This document shows positions 1 through 12,058 of a DNA stretch of 64,000 bases, piece by piece (position 1 is the stretch's first letter; the number at the start of each line of letters is the position of its first letter). The stretch is from Octopus vulgaris. Lineage: Eukaryota. The stretch covers positions 14,942,001 through 15,006,000 of the forward strand of contig OX597817.1 of assembly GCA_951406725.2 (NCBI GenBank). Reading direction: 5' to 3'. The notes below the pieces were generated by a model. It did no database searches, was not told where the DNA came from, and saw only the letters and a list, made by a program, of their open reading frames with translations. A program made the translations under genes and the position numbers.

Positions 1-1455
1 ATACACTTCGACTGATGATTTAAGATTAAGATGACAACGACTGAGTGACAGTATAATCTTAAAATAAAGGAATTATGTCGGTTTTAGCTTCTTTTTTATG
101 GTCTTTTTCTGTCTCTCAAACAGCGTGCTTCCTTCCTTTCTCTCGTCTCATCCGGTCTGAACTGTGTCAAAAAGTGAAGGAGAAAAAAAAATGTTTATGG
201 CAGAACATTCAGGATAAAGGTAAAGGTCTTTGTGCAGCCGTGAGACATTAATAAAGGAAATGAGACACAGGTAGGAAGAGAAATTTATCTTCAATTAGTC
301 AGATAATTGCCTGAATAAAAGGCGATATTAAATTACTCGAACTAGCAGCAGAGTGTAGCAGTGCAGCAGGCGGCCATTCGGGTAAAAGTGGAGACGAGAG
401 AAAAAAGACTCTCGATTCGCCTGGAATTGACGGGAAAACAAGATAAATACCTACTTTGAAATAATGTCTAATGTTTTTTCTTGCTCAATGACTATCGAAT
501 AAAACAGAAAGAGGGAGATTTACGGAGTAAACTGTCTCAGAAATGTGCGGAATAAAAACGGGCATAAAATCCAGTGAAACTGCAAAAAAATTTGGACAAA
601 GAAGCTACAGATTGCAAATGGGTAAAGTTCTCAAGCAATTAAGTGTACGGGTTTTTACAAATTTACAGAGGAAAAACACTGGTAAAATATATATATGTAT
701 GTACGTTATGAAAAACGAGAGTAAATGGCGGCTGGCAAAAGTGGACGAACGGGAAATGTCGAAATCCCTTTCTAAAGAGAGGAAAAAAATGACAAGACTC
801 GGTTGGCATTTTGTGTGGAAAAGGATGGGAAAAACATAATGGTTCGAAATAAAAATTAATAGGAATAGGGTAATGGTGATAATACCTGGTTACTGTAGAG
901 TTTGTTGCTTCGTCTGTTAGCAGAGAAAACAGCAGATATTGAAAGAAATGTGGTGAGTTTTTTTTAAAGGAGGAAAAAGGAGTTTCGCTTCCTCCCGTCT
1001 GTCGAATGCCGGAACGAAATCGTTTCTGATTTACGTAAAAAAAAGCAGGCAGGAAATTATTTTATTTTTTATCTGCGATGATGGATGGATATTTTATATA
1101 TATATATAAATATATATATATATAAATATATATATTTATATATCGTTGAGCAGCAGATTTTGGATTTATTTATATTATAATCTAGCTTAGATAAACATCT
1201 AATTGATATGTATGTGTTGGTGGTTGGTTGTTTGGTCCAGAGATGAATGAAGAAATAAATTTTTTTTTGTTTCAAGTGAAGACACTCACCTTAGAGTTTC
1301 TTATCTCCTTTCCTCTCAGAATCTGACTGAATCAATTCTCGCACCAACTTCTCGAGCGAGCCTCGCTTTCACCACCAAACCTCGTCTCACACTCACACTC
1401 ACCCAAACACTCACACTCACACTCAAACACGCACAAACACAACCAAGATGGCAGC
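1..1455. promoter_or_regulatory. CpG-retaining promoter/5' region of MRPL45
   Basis: No recognisable interspersed repeat; CpGs visibly more frequent than in the introns; YY1-like motifs AAATGGCGGC (723-732) and CAAGATGGCAGC overlapping the ATG; (CACACT)n tract at about 1386-1440. Confidence 0.5.
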
Positions 1456-1513
1456 TTCGTTAAGTTTCTCAACTTCGTCAAGGCTTCTCTTTGTTGTTTG
1501 CCGGCAAACTAAG
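1448..1513 (+). CDS. MRPL45: MRPL45 coding exon 1 (probable mitochondrial targeting peptide)
   Basis: ATG in context CAAG-ATG-GCA; encodes MAASLSFSTSSRLLFVVCRQTK (Ser/Arg-rich, no acidic residues); ends AAG|GTCTGA, phase 0, compatible with exon 2. Confidence 0.8.
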
Positions 1514-1922
1514 GTCTGATACCACCACATGATGCATATATTTTATAACATTTGACGGCGATTTGCCCGTTTCACTTCTTTTTTTAACTTCTTTCATACG
1601 ATTTTGTTTAATTACCATTGAATATAAAACGGATCTACTCTGTAAAATCCTTTACTCTGTGTATCTTTTTGTTTTATATTCAACGAAAATCATTAAAAAA
1701 TAAATTGTAAAAGGGGAAAATTCAGTACAAATAGTTTCATAGATTATCAAAATAAAGGAAAACACTTATTTCTTAATTTATTACACCACATGATGCATAT
1801 ATTTTATAACATTTCACTTCTTTCACACGATTTTGTTAACTTATCATTGAATATAAAACGGATCTACTCTGTAAAATCTGTATCTTTTTTTTTATATATT
1901 CAACGAAAATCATTAAAAAATC

Positions 1923-2067
1923 ACAATTGCAGCGTGGAAGGTGTTTGTAAGTCATTTAAGAAACACACAAAAACCCATTAGATTCACTTCAACATTTAAG
2001 TTTAATTTGTCAAAATATTTTCGTCGCTAAAATCCGCGACCTGTTCACTGACAAAAATCCATGCTGC
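1923..2067 (-). mobile_element. 145-bp hammerhead-containing mini-retroelement (Penelope pLTR/retrozyme-like)
   Basis: 14-bp direct repeats ATCATTAAAAAATC at 1909-1922 and 2068-2081; short inverted ends TGCAGCGTGGA/TCCATGCTGCA; absent from the upstream duplicate. Confidence 0.75.
2006..2055 (-). ncRNA. Minimal type-I hammerhead ribozyme motif, G3-C8 core variant
   Basis: Minus strand reads UUUGUCA-GUGAACA-G-GUCGC-GGAUUUUA-GCGAC-GAA-A-AUAU-U-U-UGACAAA: 7-bp stem I, 5-bp stem II, 1-bp stem III with a palindromic loop. Confidence 0.7.
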
Positions 2068-5000
2068 ATCATTAAAAAATCTGTTGAAATAAATAGTAAA
2101 AGGGGAAAATTCAATAGAAATACTTTCATAGATTATCAAAATAAAGGAAAACACTTATTTCTTGATATATTACAAAATGTATCGTTATGTTTTAATGAGT
2201 ACAGCGATTTGATTCTATTGATAAGTGACCTTGAAAGTTTGTCTTTATTCCGAGTTCATGTTATTGTATTTATTTCATCCTACGCAAACTATATACAATG
2301 CGTTAGAACTTTATACTGCCTAATTAAATTAATTAGATATACATATACTTCGTAGTTCTGCTGAAATATTTAATTATTTGGACTATGTTCCAGTTTTGTT
2401 AGCAATGAGTAAATGACTCAACAAATTGTGACATAAAGATAATTTACTAAATAAAAAATTGAACATATGACTTTTAGGATTTAATGAATTAAAATCATAT
2501 TAAAGTTACATTTTATTTTACAGTATAAATTCACCAGATAGGTTTCAAATATAACACTAAAAAAATAGGCTTAAAGTTTATGTATTCAACCCGGGTCAAT
2601 CTTGATCGCGCGACCCTCTCTGATCAAAGGCTTTCCATCTATGACCGGTCTTTTTTGTGGGGTTACTTTATTATTTAGTGGGTGTTTTGAGCAAGATTCA
2701 GTTGACATATGTAACAGGTGAGATACTACGTAAAAGGCCAAAAGGCCCTCACGCTGGTTTGTAATTAAAGGCGTTGAATAATTGTACTTATTGACACGCT
2801 TATAAAGGAATTAAGAAATAATGTAAATAAAAACTAATCATTTTTACGTGTCTTTCTAATTTTAAAATTACAAAATTCATTCATTCCACATCGTCGTCTG
2901 CTCATAACTGCAGAGTATTAATTAATATTACTTTTTTTGCAGTAACTGAAGGTGCCAGATCCCAAGCCCACAGGCATTATATCCTGCAAAACTTGTTCCT
3001 ATTCTTCACAATATACAACATTTAAATACTCGTTTATTATTGAGGACATTCATTAACATTTCTCCAATTCACACTGAGCTTGTATTGTTACTATCACAAA
3101 CTTAATTTCCATAAAATTACTAACTCCTGATCAACTGCATCCGCACTGCCTTGATGCACAAACCTTTGCTCATTACATTACTGTCATAACCTGTCATTCC
3201 ACTTTTTCTTTCACAAATTTATGACCTTTGTGTGTGTGTTATCGTTTTAGCGTCCACTTTTCCATGCTTGCATATATTGGACAGAGTTTATTGAGGCAGA
3301 TTTTCTACGACCGGATGCCCATGTCGCCAACCCCGCCTGTTTCCTAACAATGTAATGTTTCCCCATGGCCAGACATGAGTTCGCGAAATCTTGGAAATGC
3401 TTGTACAACAGTGGCACTTATTTACAACTGTCACACAATGTCAAAACAAGAAGACATAAATACATATATGTATGTTTGAATGTATACGACAGGCTTCTTT
3501 CAGTTTCCTTCTCCCAAATCCTCACATATCTTTGGTTAGCTCAGGTACAAGTAGTTTCACATCAAATATGTAAAAACCAAAAGGGATGCATTATAGATAT
3601 CTGGTTCAAACAATAGACAGGCAAGGACAAAATAGTATTTTATCAAAGCACTATTACTTTGAAATGGTACAAACATACAACACTACTTTTACTACCAATA
3701 TTGGTGGCACGTAAAAAGCACCCACTACACTCTCGGAGTGGTTGGCATTAGGAAGGGCATCCAGCTGTAGAAACTCTGCCAGATCAAGATTGGAGCCTGG
3801 TGCAGCCAGCCCTCAGTCAAAATCGTCCAACCCGTGCTAGCATGGAAAGCGGACGTTAAACGATGATGATGATCTCATGTAAATTTAGACATACCAGTTA
3901 TCAGTGTTGATTGAATTTTTTCTTACAATTCTAAAAGCAATTTTATAAAATCTCTTCCAGTCCTATGTACTCTCCCTACAGAACTGAATCTAAACATAAA
4001 CCCTCTTGTGTACTTTCTAGAATAAATTTTTTTTCTTTATGCCACCATGGGAAACAAACGTTAAATGATGATGACATCATTTTCAGAAAAATTAAAATAT
4101 ATAAATTGCTTTCCCAAGTAATTATAAAAATAAATGAATTCTTAATTTTAGTTCTAAGCTTGTATGTTAATAGTTTCCACTCAAATTTGCTTTAAAAAAG
4201 TTTGAAAGCAAATATTAGTATATAAAACCAAGGTAAAATTAATATGAAGGAATTAATTTCAGACAGTCTTAAGTTATGTAAAAGAATTTTTTAAAATGTC
4301 TGCAAAATATAAGAATAAGGACGATGTTGAGAAATTAAGCAAATAGTGAAACTGACTTGTATGGTAGAAGAAAGTGACAATATTGTCCCTAGGCCTTTGA
4401 AACTTTTGCAGGTCTTTGTTTCATGACTATGTTTTTGTACAGAAGCCGTCTGCAGAATCCAATCTTGAAATCCTTACTGATGGCTAAAATAAAGCAGTTC
4501 AGCAAAAGAGACCAATAGAATAAGTACTGGGCTTACAAAGAATAAGTCCCAGGGTCAATTTGCTCAACTAAAGGCGGTGCTCCAGCATGGCCACAGTCAA
4601 ATGACTGAAACAAGTAAGAGAGAGAGAGAGAGCTAGAAAAAATTTTTTTTTAAAAGGTGGGGGGCTTAAGTTAGCACTACTAATTTTGATCTAATTTAAT
4701 AAGTCATTTCTTAGAGTTAATTTTGATATAATACAAAGAATCTCAGCAATGGCCTTCCTTTGCTTATGTAAACCCTAAATTTGTTAGCTATCAACTACCA
4801 ACTCAACATTTTTTATCCAAATTACTGTTTTCATATTCCCATCTTTTTGCTAGATAATTCATATCTCATATCCTTTCACATTTCATGCTTACGTCGTATA
4901 ATCATAAATTAGTTTTGACATTTACACCACCTACACAAATTTAATCACTCCTAAATGCTACTGTAAACTTTTGTTATCATTTCAACTCTGTTCACAATGC

Positions 5001-6075
5001 TATCATGTAGCTGCAAACATATCAGTGATTTTGGTACCTGAGTACATCTAGGGATGAAAACCATTATAAATCAGTACAATGAACTAGTAGTGGATGACCT
5101 CTGTTCTAAAGTTACCTGCAGATAATCCAATACTCTGTATGAATTGAGAAATATCTTTAGCTTATATATTAGAAAAGTTTTGGACAGAATAGAGCAAGTG
5201 TACCTCTGCATGGTGGCTCACTTTGCTAGAAACTGCAGCCAAATCACCCTTAAATCATACCCTACTCTCTTAACCCTCTGGTGTTTAAACCGGCCATATC
5301 TGGCCGAGATATTTCTTATGTTTTATGTTCAAACTGGTCTGATCTAACCTCTCACACCTACCCTACAATGCCATTCTAAAAATAGACAATAACAGCATCA
5401 AACTCTCAAAGTTATGAGACAATACATCATTAATTCAAAACAATATGAATAAATAAGTTTTATATTTGACAGAGTAATTTGAACCCTAAAGGGTTAAGGG
5501 AGGAAAGATCATTATTTGACACAGTCATAGATGTTCCTAAAAGATGACCTGAATCTTTTTGGTGTTTCTAACATTATATAATATAATATCCTTTCCTGGA
5601 ATGACTTTGATGAGGGTTAACCTAAGACTAAACAATAACTCACAGAATGAACTTGTATCTTCAAAAGGGCAAATTTGATAATGTGATCTGGGTCAAACTT
5701 TTTGAAAAATAAACACAGGTTGGTCATGGCCGAAAAATTTTTCATAATATGGTTGCCTCTTTGGAGCTTGAAAATTGACAATAATTCAACACAAATGATG
5801 TCCCTGAATCAGCAACTTCTTAAAGTGTTGCATTAGTTTAGGTTTTTTGAATGGCTTTTTTTTTTCCTACCTATTTCTGTAAGCTCTCTTTTAATGTCAC
5901 TTCAATTATTCTATTTTGTTCTTGAGTCAGTCAAAAATGGATAGTTATTTACTCCATGGCAAAAGTACAAAGTTGTATGTCATACACACTACAGTATATT
6001 TAAGCAGAAGTTTGCATGTTTCTTTTTAGTTCACAAAAGTAATTGTTAAATTAATATGTATTTGTTTATTTATAG

Positions 6076-6201
6076 ATGCCATGTTTGTTAACGAAGCATC
6101 CTCAACTGCCAATGTTAATGAAGCAACAAGTAATGTTTTATCCAACTTCAAAACATTACAATCCAAAATTCCGAAAAGAAAGAAGAAGAAAATTTTTGAA
6201 G
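6076..6201 (+). CDS. MRPL45: MRPL45 exon 2
   Basis: tttatttatag| acceptor; MPCLLTKHPQLPMLMKQQVMFYPTSKHYNPKFRKERRRKFLK, where KHxNPKF...KF.K resembles invertebrate mL45; AAG|GTAAAA donor; 126 nt, phase 0-0. Confidence 0.88.
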
Positions 6202-6229
6202 GTAAAACATCATCATCATCATCATTTAA

Positions 6230-6451
6230 CCCTTTAGTGTTCCCATTATTCTGCTAAAATTAATGCTTTTTCCTCCATACTGTTTTGAGCTAATCATGCA
6301 TTATTTTGTAGCTATGAGATTTTGACGAGGTAGCTGTTAATTTTTTAAAATGATATTGTAGGGTTGGTGTGAGAGACCAGATATGGCCAGTTTGAACATA
6401 AAACAGGCAGAATACTTTTGGCCGGATATGGCCGGTTTAAATGCTAAAGGG
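6230..6451 (+). mobile_element. piggyBac-type MITE family 2 (about 222 bp)
   Basis: TTAA|CCCTTTAG...CTAAAGGG|TTAA. Other copies at about 5274-5493(-), 7562-7770, 7771-7991, 15662-15850 (partial), 50850-51036(-), 55256-55810(-, interrupted). Confidence 0.88.
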
Positions 6452-8229
6452 TTAATGTCCACTTTCCATGCTGGCATGGGTTGGATGGTTCAACTGGGGT
6501 CTGGGAAGCCAGATGGCTGCACCAGGCCCAGTTTGATCTGGCAGTGTTTCTACAGCTGGATGCCCTTCCTAACGCCAACCACTCCGTGAGTCTAGTGGGT
6601 GCTTTTTACATGCCACCGGCACAGGTGCCAGGCGAGGCTGGCAAACAGCCACGATCAGATGGTGCTTTTTACGTGCCACCGGCACGGGGACCAGACAAAC
6701 AATATGTACAAAATCTTCAAATCAAAGAATAACATTAGTTTATTACAATGTTTTATCTATTGCTCTCTTTTTCACTTTATGGTCGATATTATAGAAATTG
6801 AATGTAGTACGTAGTACTATATCTGGCATATTTATTTCTAAAATAGCTTCCAGTTTTCTTGACAGTCTATTATTTGTAATTGGTTGATTGCAACCAATTA
6901 TAAATCAACCTAAGAAGGACTCAATCATTATAAGATTGCATTATCTTTGTAACTTATAGATTTTGATTATGTGATACTCATTGTTCTGATTGTCTCTTCA
7001 TCCTAATTTTAAGATTATATGACACTTTGCAAAACTATTTCTAAGAATAATTCAGGTTGGCAATATGTTTATTTTCTGCTCGTTGAAATGAATTAAGTAC
7101 AACTGGAATTCTGATAATCTGTAAACATTATTGTTCTTAATGCTTAACATATGGCGACATTATTTTGCAATTAGTAATTCTCTTGGCATGTTAACAGATC
7201 ATCAATTTGTCTTTTGATACCTTGTTTGTTATTCATTGTCATCAATACCATTTAATGTCCGCTTTCCATGCTGGCATGGGTTGGACAGTTTGACTGAGGA
7301 CTGGCAAGCCAGGAAGCTGCAGCAGCCTCTAATCTGATCTGGCAAGGTTTCAAGAGCTGGATGCCCCTCCTAACACCAACCAGTCCAAGAGTGTAGCGGG
7401 TGCCTTTTATGGGCCACTGGCAGGGGGGCCAGTCAAGCAGCACTGGCATTGACAATGCTTGAATGGTGCTTTTTACATGCCGCTGACACAGGAGCCAGCC
7501 AGGTGCCACTGGCAATGGCCACGCTCGAATGGTGCTTTTCACATTATGATAGCAAGTTAAGTCCAATCGTTCAATTATGTTACTCTAAATCCTTGCTTAT
7601 TTATTTACACAGTTTTAGAATTAATCATGCATTATCTTTGTACCTTAGAGATTTTGATCATGTGATTGTATATTTTTAGAATGAGATTGTAGGACAGGTG
7701 TGAGATGCCAGATCTGGTCAGTTTTAATATAAAACAAATAGAATATTTGTAGCTAGCTGTGGACAGTTTAACCCTTTAGTGTTCGAATTAATATGCCAAA
7801 AGTAATCTTTATTCATTTACATTTAAAAAAATTAATCTGGTATTATCTTGTAGCTTCAAGATTTGAAAGATGTAATTGTTTATTTTTAGAATGACATTGC
7901 AGGGTAGGTGTGAGATGCTGGTTCTGGCCAGTTTGAGCATAAAATGAGTAGAATATTTGAGCCGGATATAGCCGGTTTAAACACTAAAGGGTTAAAGCTA
8001 AAAGATTAATGTATTACAATGACTGTTCCATACAGTTGCTAAATATATAATAATTGAATATTGCAACATAGAATGCTTGCATAAACAACAATAAAAACAA
8101 TTTTGTCCATCTTTAAGCATTTTCTGTACAGATTCAGAAAGATTATATAAATTAGCAAAACCAAAACCTCTTCAGTTTTGTTTCTGAAACTTCATCCAGG
8201 TTTATTTAAGGCATATTTTAGTTTTGTAT

Positions 8230-8441
8230 TACTTTACTTACTTTCACTTGTTTCAGTCATTTGACTGCGGCCATGCTGGAGCACCGCCTTTTAGTCAAGC
8301 AAATCAACCCCGAGACTTATTCTTTGTAAGCCCAGTACTTATTCTATCGGTCTCTTTTTGCCGAACCGCTAAGTGACGGGGACGTAAACACACCAGCATC
8401 GGTTGTCAAGCAATGCTAGGGGGACAAACACAGACACACAA

Positions 8442-8472
<31 letters not shown>

Positions 8473-8640
8473 CATATATACGACAGGCTTCTTTCAGTTT
8501 CCGTCTACCAAATCCACTCACAAGGCATTGGTCGGCCTGGGGCTTTAGCAGAAGACACTTGCCCAAGATGCCACGCAGTGGGACTGAACCCGGAACCATG
8601 TGGTTGGTTAGCAAGCTACTTACCACACAGCCACTCCTGC
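8230..8640 (-). mobile_element. tRNA-derived SINE family A (representative of about 20 copies)
   Basis: Head GGCGCAGGAGTGGCTGTGTGG (A box)...GGTTCAGTCCC (B box), CCTTGGGCAAGT core, internal TA/TG microsatellite, (AAAGAGT)n tail. Other copies at about 9790-10163(-), 10627-11010(+), 13452-13872(-), 21316-21648(-), 22996-23389(-), 24323-24718(-), 27098-27524(-), 29682-30081(+), 32387-32728(+), 45947-46346(+), 46676-47089(-), 51098-51747(-, two nested), 56885-57285(-), 59191-59603(+). Confidence 0.9.
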
Positions 8641-8733
8641 TGTGTTTTCTTAGTTTTATAAAGCTATTAAGGAAATATAAATTTGCTATGTTAAAGGTTT
8701 ATCTAGAATGACAAAGATTTTCTTGTTGAACAG

Positions 8734-8869
8734 ATTGATTTACCTGATTTTCAAAAACACCAAAGAGAAAAAAAAATGTCACCTGATGAACTGCGGATGA
8801 AAATGAAAAAAGAAGGCAAAGTCCCACCTAGATCCCATGAGGAACGACCTATTAATATAAGCAGTACAG
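8734..8869 (+). CDS. MRPL45: MRPL45 exon 3
   Basis: aacag| acceptor; IDLPDFQKHQREKKMSPDELRMKMKKEGKVPPRSHEERPINISST(G); G|GTTAGT donor; 136 nt, phase 0-1. Confidence 0.92.
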
Positions 8870-8907
8870 GTTAGTACTATTATTTTATCAAAATTTTTCT
8901 TTGCAAA

Positions 8908-9077
8908 GGCGCAGGAGTGGCTGTGTGGTAAGTAGCTTGCTAACCAACCACATGGTTCCGGGTTCAGTCCCACTGCATGGCACCTTGGGCAAGTGTCTTC
9001 TGCTATAGCCCCGGGCCGACCAATGCCTTGTGAGTGGATTTTATGACGGAAACTGAAAGAAGCCTGTAGTATATATG

Positions 9078-9110
<33 letters not shown>

Positions 9111-9324
9111 GTTTGTGTGTCTGTTTGTCCCCCAACATTGCTTGACAACCGATGCTGGTGTGTTTACGTCCCCGTCACTTAACGGTTCGGCAAAAGAGAC
9201 CGATAGAATAAGTACTGGGCTTACAAAAGAATAAGTCCCGGGGTCGATTTGCTCGACTAAAGGCGGTGCTCCAGCATGGCCGCAGTCAAATGACTGAAAC
9301 AAGTAAAAGAGAGTAAAGAGAGTA
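8908..9324 (+). mobile_element. SINE family A, full length, inverted relative to the 8230-8640 copy
   Basis: Starts GGCGCAGGAGTGGCTGTGTGG 38 nt after the exon 3 donor; ends in the GAGTAAA tail. Confidence 0.9.
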
Positions 9325-9702
9325 TCATTCCAAAAGAAAAGATTTGATTGCAGCCTGCTTACGCAGTCAAGGAGTTGTCCAGCACAATGGATTAACCTTA
9401 TTCTACTAAAGCATGATGCTGCTGCTGACGCATCATTAATGTTCTGATGTGTTTAAGGTTTATAAAGTTTAAAGAGAGTGAGAATTAGCAAGCGATCAAT
9501 AGGATAAATGTTATGCCTTTAGGCATTAACTACAAGATGCAGATTGTCATTTTGTATTGTCAAACATTTTTATTTATATACTTTTGTGCTATGTGGGTAT
9601 AACTGTGTGTGTGTGAGTGTGTATGTATGTGTGTGTGTGATATATATAAGCACACATATACATATGTACATAATTGTGTGTAAATATTTTTATGGTTTAA
9701 TG

Positions 9703-9998
9703 CAAAGGTTCTGAATGGGGGCCATTTGGAGCTCGAGGGGGACGTTAAGAGACTTGGGGGTGCTAGGGGGCACTGGAAGACCCTTGTCTTTACTCTCTTT
9801 TACTCTTTTACTTGTTTCAGTTATTTGACTGCGGCCATGCTGGAGCACCGCCTTTAGTCGAGCAAGTCGACCCCGAGACTTATTCTTTTGTAAGCCCAGT
9901 ACTTATTCTATCGGTCTCTTTTGCCGAACCGCTAGGTAACGGGGACATAAACACACCAGCATCGGTTGTCGTGCAATGCTAGGGGGACAGACACACAA

Positions 9999-10033
<35 letters not shown>

Positions 10034-10790
10034 CGACGGGCTTCTTTCAGTTTCCGTCTACCAAATTCACTCACAAGGCTTTCGTCAGCCTGAGGCTATA
10101 GTAGAAGACACTTGCCCAAGATGCCACGCAGTGGGACTGAACCCACACAGCTACTCCTGCGCCTGTACACAATTGTGTGTAAATATTTTAATGCAAAGGT
10201 TCTCAATGGGGGCCATTTGGAGCAAAGGGGCACTGGGGGGACATTAAGAGACTTGGGGGTGCTAGGGGGCACTGGAAGACCCTTGTCTTTGGTAAGTTTA
10301 ATTTGAAATTAGCAAGTAGTAGCCATATTTTTACATCTCTGTAAAATCAAGGGACTGATTTTGTGATTCTAACTAGATCCAAGTACAATGAATACCACCC
10401 TCCACTCTGTAAAAATGTATGTGTGTGTATATATTTGTCTGTGTCTGTATGCATTTATACATAAGTTTCAGAAGATATTAGAACAATGGAATAAAAGTCA
10501 GTCATAATAAGAAATCTACCAAAAATCTATTTACCTAATTTTTAACTACTGTTTCTGGCACACGTATTTATGCAATTTTGATTTTGAAGTATTTAAAAAA
10601 ATTATTTGGAAATTATAAAGAGAAACGGGTGGCTGTGTGGTAAGTAGCTTGCTAACCAACCACATGGTTCTGGGTTCAGTCCCACTGTGTGGCATCTTGG
10701 GCAAGTGTCTTCTGCTATAGCCCCGGGCCGACCAATGCCTTGTGAGTGGATTTGGTAGACGGAAACTGAAAGAAGCCTGTCGTATATAAG

Positions 10791-10825
<35 letters not shown>

Positions 10826-12058
10826 CTGTGTTTGTTCCCCTGGTGTGTTTACGTCCCCGTCACTTAGCGGTTCGGCAAAAAGAGACCGATAGAATAAGTA
10901 CTGGGCTTACAAAAAGAATAAGTCACGGGGTCGATTTGCTCGACTAAAGGTGGTGCTCCAGCATGGCCGCAGTCAAATGACTGAAACGAGTGAAAAGAGA
11001 GTAAAGAGAGAGGTTGATTCGGACTGTCTGCATTTTAAAATCACAAATTAAAAAAAAAAATTCTGTGTGTCAAATTTTTTCTCCAGAAATTCATGGCTTC
11101 ATAGGAATAAGCTTGGTAAACAGCATCAAGATGACCAATTTACAGATTTTTTGCTGCTTTTAAAAAATGCAGATTTTATGAATGAAACAAACTAGATGCT
11201 GAATAAGAAATGAATGTTTAATCTGACAAATTTTCAGATTTTTTAATGTCATTTTAAAAGGGGGGCTGATTTTGTGACTCTAAACAAGATCCAAGTACAA
11301 TGAATAACACCCTCCACAATTTGTTACTCATATGAAGTACATATGTATTTCGACTATTTCTATCAAATACACTCTCTTTCTTGAGCATAAAAAATCCTTT
11401 TCCCAAGTGACGATAATTTATATGTCAGATTGTTGCACAAGTTCTAGCTGTTTTGATTAGGGAAATCGAAAAGGTTTGAAATGATTTCATCAGCGTTTAC
11501 TTGTACCAAAGAGCACTCTTTCAATAGACAACATGTTGATCTCGTAAGTATCATGTGGTGGAAATAAACGGAATTACCAAACTTTCAATTCATCATTTCG
11601 GTTTATTTTGCATTTCAATTTGAACATCTGTATTCCTGACTGTGGCCGTTTGCCAGCCTCGCCTGGCCTCCGTGCTGGTGGCACGTAAAAAGCACCATCC
11701 AACCGTGGCCGTTTGCCAGACTTGTCTGGCACCTGTGCAGGTGGCACTTAAAAAGCACCCACTACACTCGCGGAGTAGTTGGCGTTAGGAAGGGCATCCA
11801 GTCGTAGAAACACTGCCAGATCTGACTAGGCCTGATGAAGCCTTCTGGCTTCCCAGACCCCAGTTGCACTGTCCAACCCATGCCAGCATGGAAATCGGAT
11901 GCTAAACGATGATGATGATGATGATGATGATGTACAAGCACATCTGTAAAACAACATCCTTTACTTTTTAATCATTATCTACTGATATCAAAATAAGTAG
12001 TATTTTCTAGTGGGGGCCATTTGTAACTTCAAGGGCCAAAATAGATTGAGAACCTTTG
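9703..12058. mobile_element. Non-autonomous hAT-type element with nested SINE/LINE insertions
   Basis: Termini CAAAGGTTCT(G/C)AA ... TTGAGAACCTTTG; 8-bp flanks GTTTAATG (9695-9702) and GTCTAATG (12059-12066). Confidence 0.6.

Larger units (their letters stand above)
1524..2174 (+). repeat. Diverged tandem duplication of about 260 bp in intron 1
   Basis: About 1524-1785 repeats at about 1785-2174 (shared accacatgatgcatatattttataacattt, gaatataaaacggatctactctgtaaaatc, catagattatcaaaataaaggaaaacacttatttctt); copy 2 carries an extra insert. Confidence 0.9.

Noticed and set aside
543-839. 98-aa ORF upstream of MRPL45
   Set aside because: Lys-rich from base composition, no recognisable domain, no link by splicing to the gene.
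8369-9302. Recurrent ORFs such as MLGGQTQTHKH... and ...EDTCPRCHAVGLNPEPCGW
   Set aside because: Chance translations of the multi-copy SINE family A, not a gene family.
11640-11760. Repeat-spacer-like array (GGTGGCACGTAAAAAGCACC with variable intervals) resembling CRISPR
   Set aside because: Intervals are homologous to each other, the array is part of a dispersed LINE 3' UTR, the context is eukaryotic and no cas genes are present.
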